Positions 32,727-42,249 of a stretch of DNA of 64,000 nt are shown one piece after another (within the stretch, counting starts at the first letter, position 1; every line of letters begins with the position of its first letter). Position numbers and translations under genes: made by a program. Source of the DNA: Candidatus Rokuibacteriota bacterium (GTDB taxonomy: Bacteria; Methylomirabilota; Methylomirabilia; Rokubacteriales; CSP1-6); assembly GCA_044869815.1 (NCBI GenBank), contig JBIOXS010000143.1, forward strand, positions 7,563-71,562, given 5' to 3'. Under the pieces are notes generated by a model that ran no database searches, was not told where the DNA came from, and saw only the letters and a program-made list of their open reading frames with translations.

Positions 32727-33635
32727 TCAGGGCGCGGGCAGACGGACGATGCGGTGGAGCGCAGATTCGGCGAGGTACACGTCGCCATTGACGTCGACGG
32801 CGATGCCCTGCGGGTCCGCGAGGCGGCTGGCGACCGTCGAGAGCGCTCCGTCGCGAGCGACGCGGAACACGCTGGCCACCCAGAACCCACCGCTGACGTA
32901 GAGCGCGCCATCCGGCGCGGCGGCCATGTTGGTGCGCTGGTACTGCCCGCGCGGTAACCGCGACAGCGGCGCCAGCGTACCGTCCACGCCCAGACGGTAG
33001 AGCTCGCCCGAGGAGGCGAGGACCGCCAGCTCACCGCCGCCGACGTCGGCGGCGCTCACCAGCCGCGGCAGCAGCCCGCCCCCGGCCCGTCCGCCCCACC
33101 CGCGCGGGAACAGCGGCGCCAGCCGGGACACGCGACGCGGCAGCGCGACCTCGGCCCCGGTGTCGAGACGAAAGATCAACGGGCCGCGGTAGTCCTCGTC
33201 GCGGAAGTGCTCGAGGCCGGGAAGCTCGGCTTCATCGTCGCGCTGCAACAGCGGATCGGCGTAGTCGACGACCACCAGTCGTCCGGCGGCGTCGACGGCG
33301 AGCGTGCTGCCGCCGAGCAGGCGGCGGAGCCCGGTGGCGTAGAGCGCGAGCTGCCCGTCGCGAGTCAGCCGATAGATCCGTTGACCGTTTTCCTCGCCGA
33401 GGAACACGGCGCGCGACGCGGCATGCACGGCCAGGCTTCCGAGGGTCGTGGGATTCGCCGCGGGATAGGGAATCCGGATGCGCGGCTGCCGTGAGAGATC
33501 GACCGGGCGCCGGGCGTCCAGGTCGACGCGGTACAGCTCGCCCGCGGAATCGCCGAGCGCACCCGGACCGAGCACGAGCAGCGTGCGGCCCTCCACGGCG
33601 AGCTGCAGCGGTCGCGGCACTCCGGTCGCGACCAC
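32727..33635 (-). CDS. beta-propeller repeat protein (NHL/SGL-like), probably exported; start unresolved
   Basis: Repeated motifs of the LYVSGG, GIAVDVNGDVYLAE and AVDAAGRLVVVDY type. A signal-peptide-like stretch is encoded upstream of the first GTG (see findings). Confidence 0.65.
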   Translation of the reverse strand: MVATGVPRPLQLAVEGRTLLVLGPGALGDSAGELYRVDLDARRPVDLSRQPRIRIPYPAANPTTLGSLAVHAASRAVFLGEENGQRIYRLTRDGQLALYATGLRRLLGGSTLAVDAAGRLVVVDYADPLLQRDDEAELPGLEHFRDEDYRGPLIFRLDTGAEVALPRRVSRLAPLFPRGWGGRAGGGLLPRLVSAADVGGGELAVLASSGELYRLGVDGTLAPLSRLPRGQYQRTNMAAAPDGALYVSGGFWVASVFRVARDGALSTVASRLADPQGIAVDVNGDVYLAESALHRIVRLPAP

Positions 33636-33726
33636 CTCGACAGCCGCTGGCGACGAGGCGGCACGCGGGGCCCCGGATACGACGGCGGTGGCCAGCGCGA
33701 GGGCCGCGGCGGCCGCCGCGGCCCGG

Positions 33727-34173
33727 CTAGTCGTCGCCCGCCTTCTGCGTCAGGTTGCTGGCGCCCGGCGTGCTGATGAGGAGCAGCAGGTATTTCACGG
33801 GCGTCTGGCCGGTGTTCCGGTGGTTGTGCCAGACGCCGACGGCGTCCATGTAGGACTGCCCGTCGCTGTGGTACTGCACGCCGGCCACCCCCACCGGACC
33901 ACCCATGCTGTTCGTCGTCAGCGTTCCTTCGAGCACGTAGACGTACGAGGGCACGGTGTGGCGCTGGCGTCCCGTCTGACCGCCGGGCTCGATGGTCACG
34001 ACCTGGCCGGTGAGCACGATCGGCACGTTGGCGGTGCCGCGAAAGCCGCCCAGCGACGTGACGAGATTCGACGCCTTCACGCCCTTTTCCTTCTCGACCG
34101 GCGCGCTCTGCTGGGCCTCAACTCCACCGACGAAGACGAAGACGGCGAGGACGATTGCGACGGGGATTCTCAT
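33727..34173 (-). CDS. secreted cupin-domain protein
   Basis: Signal peptide MRIPVAIVLAVFVFVGGVEA. Cupin motifs GGQTGRQRHTVPSYVYVLEG and GVWHNHRN. Confidence 0.78.
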   Translation of the reverse strand: MRIPVAIVLAVFVFVGGVEAQQSAPVEKEKGVKASNLVTSLGGFRGTANVPIVLTGQVVTIEPGGQTGRQRHTVPSYVYVLEGTLTTNSMGGPVGVAGVQYHSDGQSYMDAVGVWHNHRNTGQTPVKYLLLLISTPGASNLTQKAGDD

Positions 34174-34186
34174 AGCCTCCTCCTCT

Positions 34187-35098
34187 TTACTTGATGGCCG
34201 CGCCCGTGATGCCCGAGATGAACTTGTCCAGGAACAAGTTGTAGATGATCGCCACTGGCACGCCGACGAGCAGCGCGCCGGCCATGAGCGAACCCCAGAA
34301 GAAGACGTCGCCCCGGATCAGCTCCGTGGCCACGCCCAGCGGCACCGGCTTCTGATCGGAGACCGACACGAAGGCGAGCGAGTAGAGGAAGTCCTGCATG
34401 GAGAGCGTGAACGAGAAGATGGTGGCCGTGATGACGCCGGGCCAGCTCACCGGCAGAACGACGCGGCACAGCGCGCCGAACTGCCCGCAACCGTCCACCA
34501 TGGCCGCCTCCTCGATCTCGAACGGCACGGTCTTGAAGAACCCCATGAGCAGCCAGGTGCAGAAGGGGATGGTGAACGTGGGGTACACGACGACGAGCGC
34601 CCACCACGAGTCCTGCAGCTCCAGCGCGCTCACCACGCGCGCCATGGGAATGAAGAGGATGATGGCCGGCACCAGATACGTCATGAAGATCCCGATCCCG
34701 AGGTTCTCGGCGAACGGCAGCCGCAGCCGCGCCAGCGCGTAGCCGGCCGGCACCGCCGTGAGCAGTGTGATGGCCGACACCCAGAACGAGATCGACATGG
34801 TGTTCACCATCCAGTCCCGGTACGACGTGTTCCGGAAGAGGAAGTCGAAGTTGTGCCACGTCGGCGGCAGATGAAACCAGAACGGCACCACGTCCATCCG
34901 GTAGAGATCGGGATCCTGCTTGAGCGCGGTGACGAGCATCCAGAAGATCGGGAACACCGCGATGACGAGGAACGGCACGAGGCCGGCATAGATCGCGGCG
35001 TGCCGCCGGATCGCCCGCGCGCGGGGGCTCCGCGGCCGGGACGTCGGCGCGGGGTGCCGCACGTCGCCCGCCACGACCGTCGGCATCGTCGTGGCCAT
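34187..35098 (-). CDS. ABC sugar transporter permease (MalG-type)
   Basis: 303 aa from ATG 35096-35098. EAAMVDGCGQFGALCRVVLPVSWPG. Confidence 0.87.
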   Translation of the reverse strand: MATTMPTVVAGDVRHPAPTSRPRSPRARAIRRHAAIYAGLVPFLVIAVFPIFWMLVTALKQDPDLYRMDVVPFWFHLPPTWHNFDFLFRNTSYRDWMVNTMSISFWVSAITLLTAVPAGYALARLRLPFAENLGIGIFMTYLVPAIILFIPMARVVSALELQDSWWALVVVYPTFTIPFCTWLLMGFFKTVPFEIEEAAMVDGCGQFGALCRVVLPVSWPGVITATIFSFTLSMQDFLYSLAFVSVSDQKPVPLGVATELIRGDVFFWGSLMAGALLVGVPVAIIYNLFLDKFISGITGAAIK

Positions 35099-36081
35099 CA
35101 GTACTGTCTCCGGCGCAGCGTGCGGAGCAGCAGGATCATCGCGGGCAGGAGCAGCGGGAAGAGGAAGAGGGAGATGGCGGCGCCACGACCGAGGGCGCCG
35201 GCGCGGATGCCAGTGTTGTACGCGAGCGTGGGCAAGATCTCGGTGGCGCCGTCGGGGCCCCCGTTGGTGAGGAGATAGACGATGCTCAGATCCGACAGCG
35301 TGAAGACGGTGTCGAAGGCGCTGCCGATGAAGAGGATCGGCGCGATCATCGGCACGATCACCTTGCGGAATCGCTGCAGGAACGTGGCGCCGTCCACCTT
35401 GGCGGCGTCGATGACCTCCGGCGGCACCGAGGTGAGTCCGGCCATGAGGACGATGGCCGAGAACGGAAAGCCTCGCCACACGTTCACGAACATGACGGCG
35501 AACAGCGCCAGGCCGGGCTGCCCGAGCCACACCGGCCAGTCGGGGCTGCCGTACTCGCCGATGAGGGCCAGGCGACTCAGCGCCCAGTTCACCACGCTGA
35601 ACTGCGAGTCGAACATCCACTTCCAGCCGAGCACGCTGACGGCGATCGGCAGCGTGAACGGGATGACGATGAGCGCGCGGACCACCTTGCGTCCCCGGAA
35701 CGGCTGCATGAGCAGGAAAGCGAGGATGGTGCCGAGCAGCCCCTTGAGGATGCCGGCGCCCAGCGTGAAGACGAGCGTGTTACGCAGCGCCGTATAGAAG
35801 GTCGCGTTCTCGAGGGCCGCCTTGAAGTTCTCGGCGCCGACGAAGCGGGCGATCGGATCTCCAACGCTCGCATCGCTCATGGCGAGATAGAGCGAGAAGA
35901 CGAACGGCACCCCGACCAGCAGCCCGACGTACAGCACGGCGGGCGCCAGCAGCGTGTAGCCGAAGACGTAGCGGCGGGCGGTGGGCGTACGCCACCAGGA
36001 GCGCGCCCTCGCCCGCCCGCCGAGCCGCACCCACAGCGAGGTCTCGGGCGGCGCGCCGTCGCCCGCCGCCAGCCGGGTCAT
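35098..36081 (-). CDS. ABC sugar transporter permease (MalF-type)
   Basis: DAAKVDGATFLQRFRKVIVPMIAP, 6 TM segments. Confidence 0.87.
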   Translation of the reverse strand: MTRLAAGDGAPPETSLWVRLGGRARARSWWRTPTARRYVFGYTLLAPAVLYVGLLVGVPFVFSLYLAMSDASVGDPIARFVGAENFKAALENATFYTALRNTLVFTLGAGILKGLLGTILAFLLMQPFRGRKVVRALIVIPFTLPIAVSVLGWKWMFDSQFSVVNWALSRLALIGEYGSPDWPVWLGQPGLALFAVMFVNVWRGFPFSAIVLMAGLTSVPPEVIDAAKVDGATFLQRFRKVIVPMIAPILFIGSAFDTVFTLSDLSIVYLLTNGGPDGATEILPTLAYNTGIRAGALGRGAAISLFLFPLLLPAMILLLRTLRRRQY

Positions 36082-36084
36082 GCC

Positions 36085-37413
36085 CTACGACGCTTTGTGC
36101 TTGGCGTAGATCCGGCGGATCTCGCCGACGCCCCACTTCATCGTTTCCTCGATGTCGCCGCCGCGCGCCACGCGGGTGAACATGTCGGGCACGATGAAGG
36201 TGGTCAGGACTTCCTGCGCCGCCGGCGTCATCGGTCCCGGGTGCCCGAAGAACGCCGTGATCTTGTCCTGCTCCTGCAGGACGGCCAGCTTCGGATCGTT
36301 GCCGAGCATCGGCATGGGCTTCTTGTACTGGTCGCGCAGGAACGGCATGTTGTAGCCACGACTGGCCGTCATGGCGTCTTTCTGGTTGTCCGCGATCGCC
36401 TGGATGAACTCCTTGGCGGCCGGGACGTTCTTCGAGAACTTCCAGATCGCCCAGACGTTCGGCTCGCCGACGTTCCACTTGGCGGCCGGCCCCTGCGCCT
36501 CGTCCAGCACGAACGTCTGCTCGAAGACCTTGGGATTCGTGTCCTTGGTGGTCAGGAAGGCGGAGATGGCGTCGTGGATCCAGCAGCCGACCCCGGAGGC
36601 CAGGAACCGGTTGTCAGAGGCGTCGTCCCAGGAGAAGACTTCCGGCGTCATCCCCTCGTCGTAAAGCGCCTTGGCGAAGCGGAGCGCCTCGCGCATCTCC
36701 TTGCTGTCGAGGGCCACGTTCTGGCCGGACGGATCCGTCTCCTTGACGCCGAAGCTGTACATCAGCGCGCGCCAGTTGTGGTTGGCGTCGTTGCAGTGGG
36801 AGAACTGCATCCCGGTCGGCTTGCCCTTCGCCTTCAGCAGGCGGGCGGCCACGCGGAGATCGTCCCAGGTCTTCGGCGCCGGCCGGTTGACCGAGTCGAA
36901 GAGGTCCTTGCGCCAGAGCACCGGGATCGAGATGAAGAAGTCCGGTACCGCGTACCAGACGCCGCCGACCTGCGCGGCGCTCTTCGCGTTCTCCATCCAG
37001 CCGCCGTTCTTCTTCCCGAGGCCATCGGCGATGTCCGAGAGATCGATCAGGTTCCTGTAGTACTGCCCGGTGAGGATCTGTCCGACGAAGTAGATGAGGT
37101 CGTGGCCGGCGCCGGCCGCGAATTCCGCCGCGTAGCGCGCCGGCAGCTCCAGGTGCGGGATGTGGTCGACACGCACCTTCACGCCGTTCTTGTCGCCCCA
37201 CTCCTTGGCGAACTTGTCGAACCAGGCGTCGTAGGCGGGGACGAAATGGCTCCACTTGAGCATGCGCAGGCTCGTCCCCTTGATCTGGGCCGGCGCCTGC
37301 CGAGCCTCGAGCATGGTGAGCAGCGTGCCGCCCGCCACCCCGGCCGCCGCGCCCCGCAGGAGCGTCCGTCGGGTGAGGGTGGGATCGATCGAGGCCTGGG
37401 GTGAATCGTTCAT
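36085..37413 (-). CDS. ABC sugar transporter substrate-binding protein, Tat signal
   Basis: TRRTLLRGAAAGVAGGTLLTML twin-arginine signal, SBP family 1. Confidence 0.87.
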   Translation of the reverse strand: MNDSPQASIDPTLTRRTLLRGAAAGVAGGTLLTMLEARQAPAQIKGTSLRMLKWSHFVPAYDAWFDKFAKEWGDKNGVKVRVDHIPHLELPARYAAEFAAGAGHDLIYFVGQILTGQYYRNLIDLSDIADGLGKKNGGWMENAKSAAQVGGVWYAVPDFFISIPVLWRKDLFDSVNRPAPKTWDDLRVAARLLKAKGKPTGMQFSHCNDANHNWRALMYSFGVKETDPSGQNVALDSKEMREALRFAKALYDEGMTPEVFSWDDASDNRFLASGVGCWIHDAISAFLTTKDTNPKVFEQTFVLDEAQGPAAKWNVGEPNVWAIWKFSKNVPAAKEFIQAIADNQKDAMTASRGYNMPFLRDQYKKPMPMLGNDPKLAVLQEQDKITAFFGHPGPMTPAAQEVLTTFIVPDMFTRVARGGDIEETMKWGVGEIRRIYAKHKAS

Positions 37414-37440
37414 CGGGACCTCCTGGCAAAGGGTGATCTC

Positions 37441-37469
37441 GGTGTAATCGCGCCGCTGGCACCTGTCAA
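37441..37469 (-). promoter_or_regulatory. sigma-70-type promoter candidate for the minus-strand ABC operon
   Basis: Minus strand TTGACA (37469-37464), 17-nt spacer, TACACC (37446-37441). The -10 element is weak. Confidence 0.3.
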
Positions 37470-37562
37470 GGAGTATTTCCGCTCATCTTCATGTACCATG
37501 CGGCCGTCACAGCGCCCGGAGCTCCCGACTCCGGGGAACCTATTTGAGGGGAGACACGGACC

Positions 37563-38654
<1,092 letters not shown>

Positions 38655-38668
38655 TCGCGGCCGGCCGA

Positions 38669-39070
38669 GTGCGACGGGCGCTGCTGGTTCTGGCCCTCGC
38701 CCTCGGCGGTCTCGGTCTCTTCGCCGGCGGCCTCGCCTGGATCCTGAACGACCCCAGGCCGCCGGCGGGCGCGTCACGCGGCGAGCGGCTCTATGTCTCG
38801 TTCTGCGCGGGTTGCCACGGCATCGACGGCCGTGGCTCGTGGCGGGCGGCGCTCTTCCTGATCCGGCCCGGCGACCTCACCACCAGCGCCAGTCAGCCCG
38901 AGCGATACCTCTTCGACATGATCAAGCAGGGGGGGGCCGCCATCGGCCGTCCCGGCATGCCGGCGTTCGGGGCGCAGCTCAGCGACGACGACATCCGTAC
39001 GCTGGTCGCCTACCTCCGGACGTTGCCGGCCCGCCCTCCTAGGGCATCCGCTCGATCCAGACCAGCGTGA
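38669..39070 (+). CDS. c-type cytochrome (membrane anchored)
   Basis: GTG start, an N-terminal TM segment, and heme motif CAGCHG. The 3' end overlaps the convergent gene by 32 nt. Confidence 0.75.
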   Translation: MRRALLVLALALGGLGLFAGGLAWILNDPRPPAGASRGERLYVSFCAGCHGIDGRGSWRAALFLIRPGDLTTSASQPERYLFDMIKQGGAAIGRPGMPAFGAQLSDDDIRTLVAYLRTLPARPPRASARSRPA

Positions 39071-39368
39071 CGATGTCGCCGTCCTGGCGGACGGCCAGAC
39101 GGACGCGGTCGCCAGGCGCCACCCGCGCGGCGTCGAGCGTGGCCGCCGAGCCACGGACGGCCATCATCTCCATGGCGCCCATGCCGAGGCCGGAAACCGG
39201 CTGGTGGCGGATCAGGATCAGATCGGGCGCGGCGCGGGCCACGACCTCGCCTCGAACCTCGTAGGCGGCGGGACGTACGACGGTGCCCCACAGTCCGGCC
39301 GCGAAGAGACCGACCAGGACGACGAAGAGGACGACGACGAGCCGGCGCGCGGCGGCGCGCCGGCTCAG
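39039..39368 (-). CDS. CusF-like copper-binding periplasmic protein (start inferred as CTG)
   Basis: YEVRGEVV...LILIRHQPVSGLGMGAMEMMAV...GDRVRLAVRQDGDIVTLVWIE matches the CusF/copper-chaperone pattern. The TM/signal segment RRLVVVLFVVLVGLFAAGLWG lies upstream of the first GTG. Confidence 0.65.
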   Translation of the reverse strand: MSRRAAARRLVVVLFVVLVGLFAAGLWGTVVRPAAYEVRGEVVARAAPDLILIRHQPVSGLGMGAMEMMAVRGSAATLDAARVAPGDRVRLAVRQDGDIVTLVWIERMP

Positions 39369-39378
39369 CGCGCTGGGC

Positions 39379-39957
39379 CTATCGCTCCCACTCGAACGCG
39401 CGGCTTCCCTCGGGCTTGAGATCGTCGCCGGTCACGACCCACTTGCCGCCGCAACCCTCGTCGAACGCGCCAGCCGCCGTCTTGTAGCCGGTGCCGAACG
39501 TGAGCGCGAGCACGACCACCCCCAGGCTGGCGCCGAGCGTGCAGGTGATGGCCCGACCCGGAATCAGGAACAGGTTGGTGACGACTGCGCCCGCCTCGTA
39601 GAGGACCTGCTTGCGCCCGGCGGCCCGCGCCTCCGACTTGAGGGTCTCCTGGAAGAGATCGGGCTGCTGAGCAGTCGGGGCCGGCGGCGGCGGCGCGACA
39701 GGTGCGGGCGGCATGGGCTGCATCGAGGGGGCCGGCATCACGGGCGCCGGAGGGCTCGGCGTGGCTGGCTGCGGCGCCTGGGCCACGGCCGGATCGGGCG
39801 GCGGCGGCGTGGGCAGCATCGGCTGCTCGGAGTTCTCGAGCGGCGCGGACTCCACGGGCGTCATCGGCTCTTGTGCCTGCGCCAGCGGGCTGAGCCACGT
39901 GGCCGCGAGCGAAGTCGCCACAACCGCTGCCACCAACCGTATCGCTCTGGTGCGCAT
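39379..39957 (-). CDS. secreted proline-rich protein, hypothetical
   Basis: Signal peptide MRTRAIRLVAAVVATSLAATWLSPLAQA, a Pro-rich linker of about 70 aa, then a hydrophobic C-terminal domain containing Cys residues. Confidence 0.55.
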   Translation of the reverse strand: MRTRAIRLVAAVVATSLAATWLSPLAQAQEPMTPVESAPLENSEQPMLPTPPPPDPAVAQAPQPATPSPPAPVMPAPSMQPMPPAPVAPPPPAPTAQQPDLFQETLKSEARAAGRKQVLYEAGAVVTNLFLIPGRAITCTLGASLGVVVLALTFGTGYKTAAGAFDEGCGGKWVVTGDDLKPEGSRAFEWER

Positions 39958-40086
39958 ACACCGACCCTCCTTGTGGGCTCAATTGTCCGCCGGATAGAGT
40001 GGCCGACCCAACGAAATTTGCCGGCGTCCGCCGGGGCGCTGAAACGGCTATAATCCCGTCACATTCCGCCTCGGGAGGCATCAGCC

Positions 40087-40989
40087 ATGAAGCTCGTCCG
40101 CTTCTCGGTCAACGGGGGATCGCCGCGGCTCGGCACTCTGCAAGGCGACCGCATCGCCGACGTCCAGGCGAGCGTCGCCGCCAGCCTGGCCAGGCGTGGC
40201 GTTGTGCGCGCCCAGGAGATCGCCGCCGCGCTGGTGCCCCACTCGACCCGCGCATTCCTCGAAGGCGGGGCGGCCGCGGCGGAGGCGATGGACGCCGTCC
40301 ATGAGTGGGTCACCGTTCCGGCCTCGACCGCGCGGCTGCACGCGCCGATCAACGATCCCGGCAAGTTCATCTGCATCGGGCTCAACTACCGTGACCACGC
40401 CGAGGAGACGGGCAACCCGATCCCGAAGGAGCCGCCGATCTTCGCCAAGTGGGCCCCGTCGATCGTCGATCCGGGCGAGCCGATCCTCCGCCCGCGCGGG
40501 TCCAGGCAGCTCGACTGGGAGGTGGAGCTGGGCGTCGTCATCGGGCGCACGGCGCGGTTCGTGTCGAAGGAGCGGGCGCTCGACTACGTCTGGGGCTACA
40601 CGATCGTCAACGACGCCAGCGCGCGGGACTTCCAGTTCCTCACCACGCAGTGGATGGCGGGCAAGATCTTCGACACGGCGGCGCCCGTCGGTCCGTACAT
40701 CGCCGATCGCCAGGAGATCCCCGACCCGCACAGCCTCGAGCTGAAGACCTTCGTCAACGGCAAGCAGATGCAGCGCGGCAACACCAAGACGTTCATCTTC
40801 GACGTCCGCTACCTCGTGAGCTACCTCTCCGGCCTCATGACGCTCTCGCCCGGCGATCTGATCGCCACCGGGACGCCACCAGGCGTGGGTCTGGGCATGA
40901 AGCCGCCCGTGTTCATGAACCCGGGCGACGTCTGTCGCGTGGAGATCGACGGCCTCGGCTCGATGGAGAACCCGGTCAAGGACGCATAG
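40087..40989 (+). CDS. fumarylacetoacetate hydrolase (FAH) family protein
   Basis: KFICIGLNYRDHAEE, DWEVELGVVIG, GDLIATGTPPGVG motifs. GGGAGG RBS. Confidence 0.9.
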   Translation: MKLVRFSVNGGSPRLGTLQGDRIADVQASVAASLARRGVVRAQEIAAALVPHSTRAFLEGGAAAAEAMDAVHEWVTVPASTARLHAPINDPGKFICIGLNYRDHAEETGNPIPKEPPIFAKWAPSIVDPGEPILRPRGSRQLDWEVELGVVIGRTARFVSKERALDYVWGYTIVNDASARDFQFLTTQWMAGKIFDTAAPVGPYIADRQEIPDPHSLELKTFVNGKQMQRGNTKTFIFDVRYLVSYLSGLMTLSPGDLIATGTPPGVGLGMKPPVFMNPGDVCRVEIDGLGSMENPVKDA

Positions 40990-41045
40990 ACGCTCCCGGA
41001 CCCGGTCGGCGAGCCGAAATTGCGCTGGTCGGGTACACTTTGTCC

Positions 41046-42245
41046 ATGCTCGAGCTCATCCAGCCGCTCGTGGTGTCGAACGAGACCAAGATCGTGCTGC
41101 TGTCGCTCGATGGGCTCGGGGGATTGCCGCGACCGGAGACAGGAAAGTCGGAGCTCGAGACGGCGCGACTCCCCAATCTCGCGGCGCTGGCGAGCGAGGC
41201 GGCCTGCGGGCTCCTGCGGCACGTGGCGCCGGGCATCACGCCGGGGAGCGGCCCCGGGCATCTCGGCCTGTTCGGGTACGACCCGCTTCAGTACCAGGTC
41301 GGCCGCGGCGTGCTGGAATCGCTGGGGATCGAGTTCGACCTGCGGCCCGGCGACGTGGCCGCGCGCGGCAACTTCTGCAGCGTCGACGCCCAGGGCCTCA
41401 TCACCGACCGGCGCGCCGGGCGGATCAGCACCGAGACGTGCGTGCAGCTCGTCGACCGCCTGCGGCGCATCCGCCTGCCCGGCGTCGAGGTCTTCGTGGA
41501 GGCCGTGAAGGAGCATCGCTTCGTGCTGGTCCTGCGCGGGCCACGGTTGAGCGGCCGACTGTCGGAGACCGATCCGCAAGCGCTCGGCAAGCCGCCGCTG
41601 CCGGTGCGCGGGCTCGCGGCCGAGGCGACGGCGACGGCCGAGCTCGTGAACGTCTTCATCGTGGAGGCGCGCCGGCTCCTGCACGACGCGCATCCCGCCA
41701 ACATGATCCTCCTCCGCGGCTTCGACCAGCTGCCGGATCTGCCGCGCTTTCCCGAGGTGTTCGGGCTGCGCGCGGCGGCCATCGCCGCGTATCCGATGTA
41801 CCGGGGTCTCTCGAAGCTGGTCGGCATGGACGTGCTCAAGACGGGCGGAACGTACGCCCACGAGATCGCGACCCTGCGCGAGCACTGGGAGGCGTACGAC
41901 TTCTTCTTCGTCCACTATAAGGACACCGACAAGGCGGGCGAGGACGGCGACTTCGACGCCAAGGTGGCGGCGCTGGAGCGCTTCGACGGCTTCGTCCCGG
42001 AGGTGCGCGCCTTGCGTCCCGATGTCCTGGTCGCCAGCGGCGACCATGCCACCCCCTCGGTGCTGGCCGCCCACGGCTGGCACCCCGTGCCCGTTCTGCT
42101 CTGGAGCCGCTACTGCGGCGCCGATCCCGTCACCGCGTTCACCGAGCGCGCCTGCGCGGCCGGGACGCTGGGGACGCTGCCGGCTCATCACCTCATGCCA
42201 CTCGTCATGGCCAACGCGCTCAGGCTGACGAAGTTCGGAGCGTGA
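41046..42245 (+). CDS. apgM: cofactor-independent phosphoglycerate mutase, archaeal ApgM type
   Basis: KIVLLSLDGLGGLP...ELETARLPNLAALA...GITPGSGPGHLGLFGYDP and GDHATPS motifs. Confidence 0.85.
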   Translation: MLELIQPLVVSNETKIVLLSLDGLGGLPRPETGKSELETARLPNLAALASEAACGLLRHVAPGITPGSGPGHLGLFGYDPLQYQVGRGVLESLGIEFDLRPGDVAARGNFCSVDAQGLITDRRAGRISTETCVQLVDRLRRIRLPGVEVFVEAVKEHRFVLVLRGPRLSGRLSETDPQALGKPPLPVRGLAAEATATAELVNVFIVEARRLLHDAHPANMILLRGFDQLPDLPRFPEVFGLRAAAIAAYPMYRGLSKLVGMDVLKTGGTYAHEIATLREHWEAYDFFFVHYKDTDKAGEDGDFDAKVAALERFDGFVPEVRALRPDVLVASGDHATPSVLAAHGWHPVPVLLWSRYCGADPVTAFTERACAAGTLGTLPAHHLMPLVMANALRLTKFGA

Positions 42246-42249
42246 TCGA

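Noticed and set aside
33727-33760. Possibility that TGA is read through or recoded, which would explain leader-like frames that begin right after a TGA.
   Set aside because: TGA terminates many well-defined genes here (pafA, prcB, ruvA, kdsB-upstream gene, folE and others), often in ATGA/GTGA overlaps with the next start. TGA therefore functions as a normal stop codon.
37455-37470. TGGCAC in the divergent ABC promoter region, considered as a sigma-54 site.
   Set aside because: The position where the -12 TTGC should lie reads AAGG, so there is no GC dinucleotide at the required spacing. The same bases fit a sigma-70 -35 TTGACA on the other strand.
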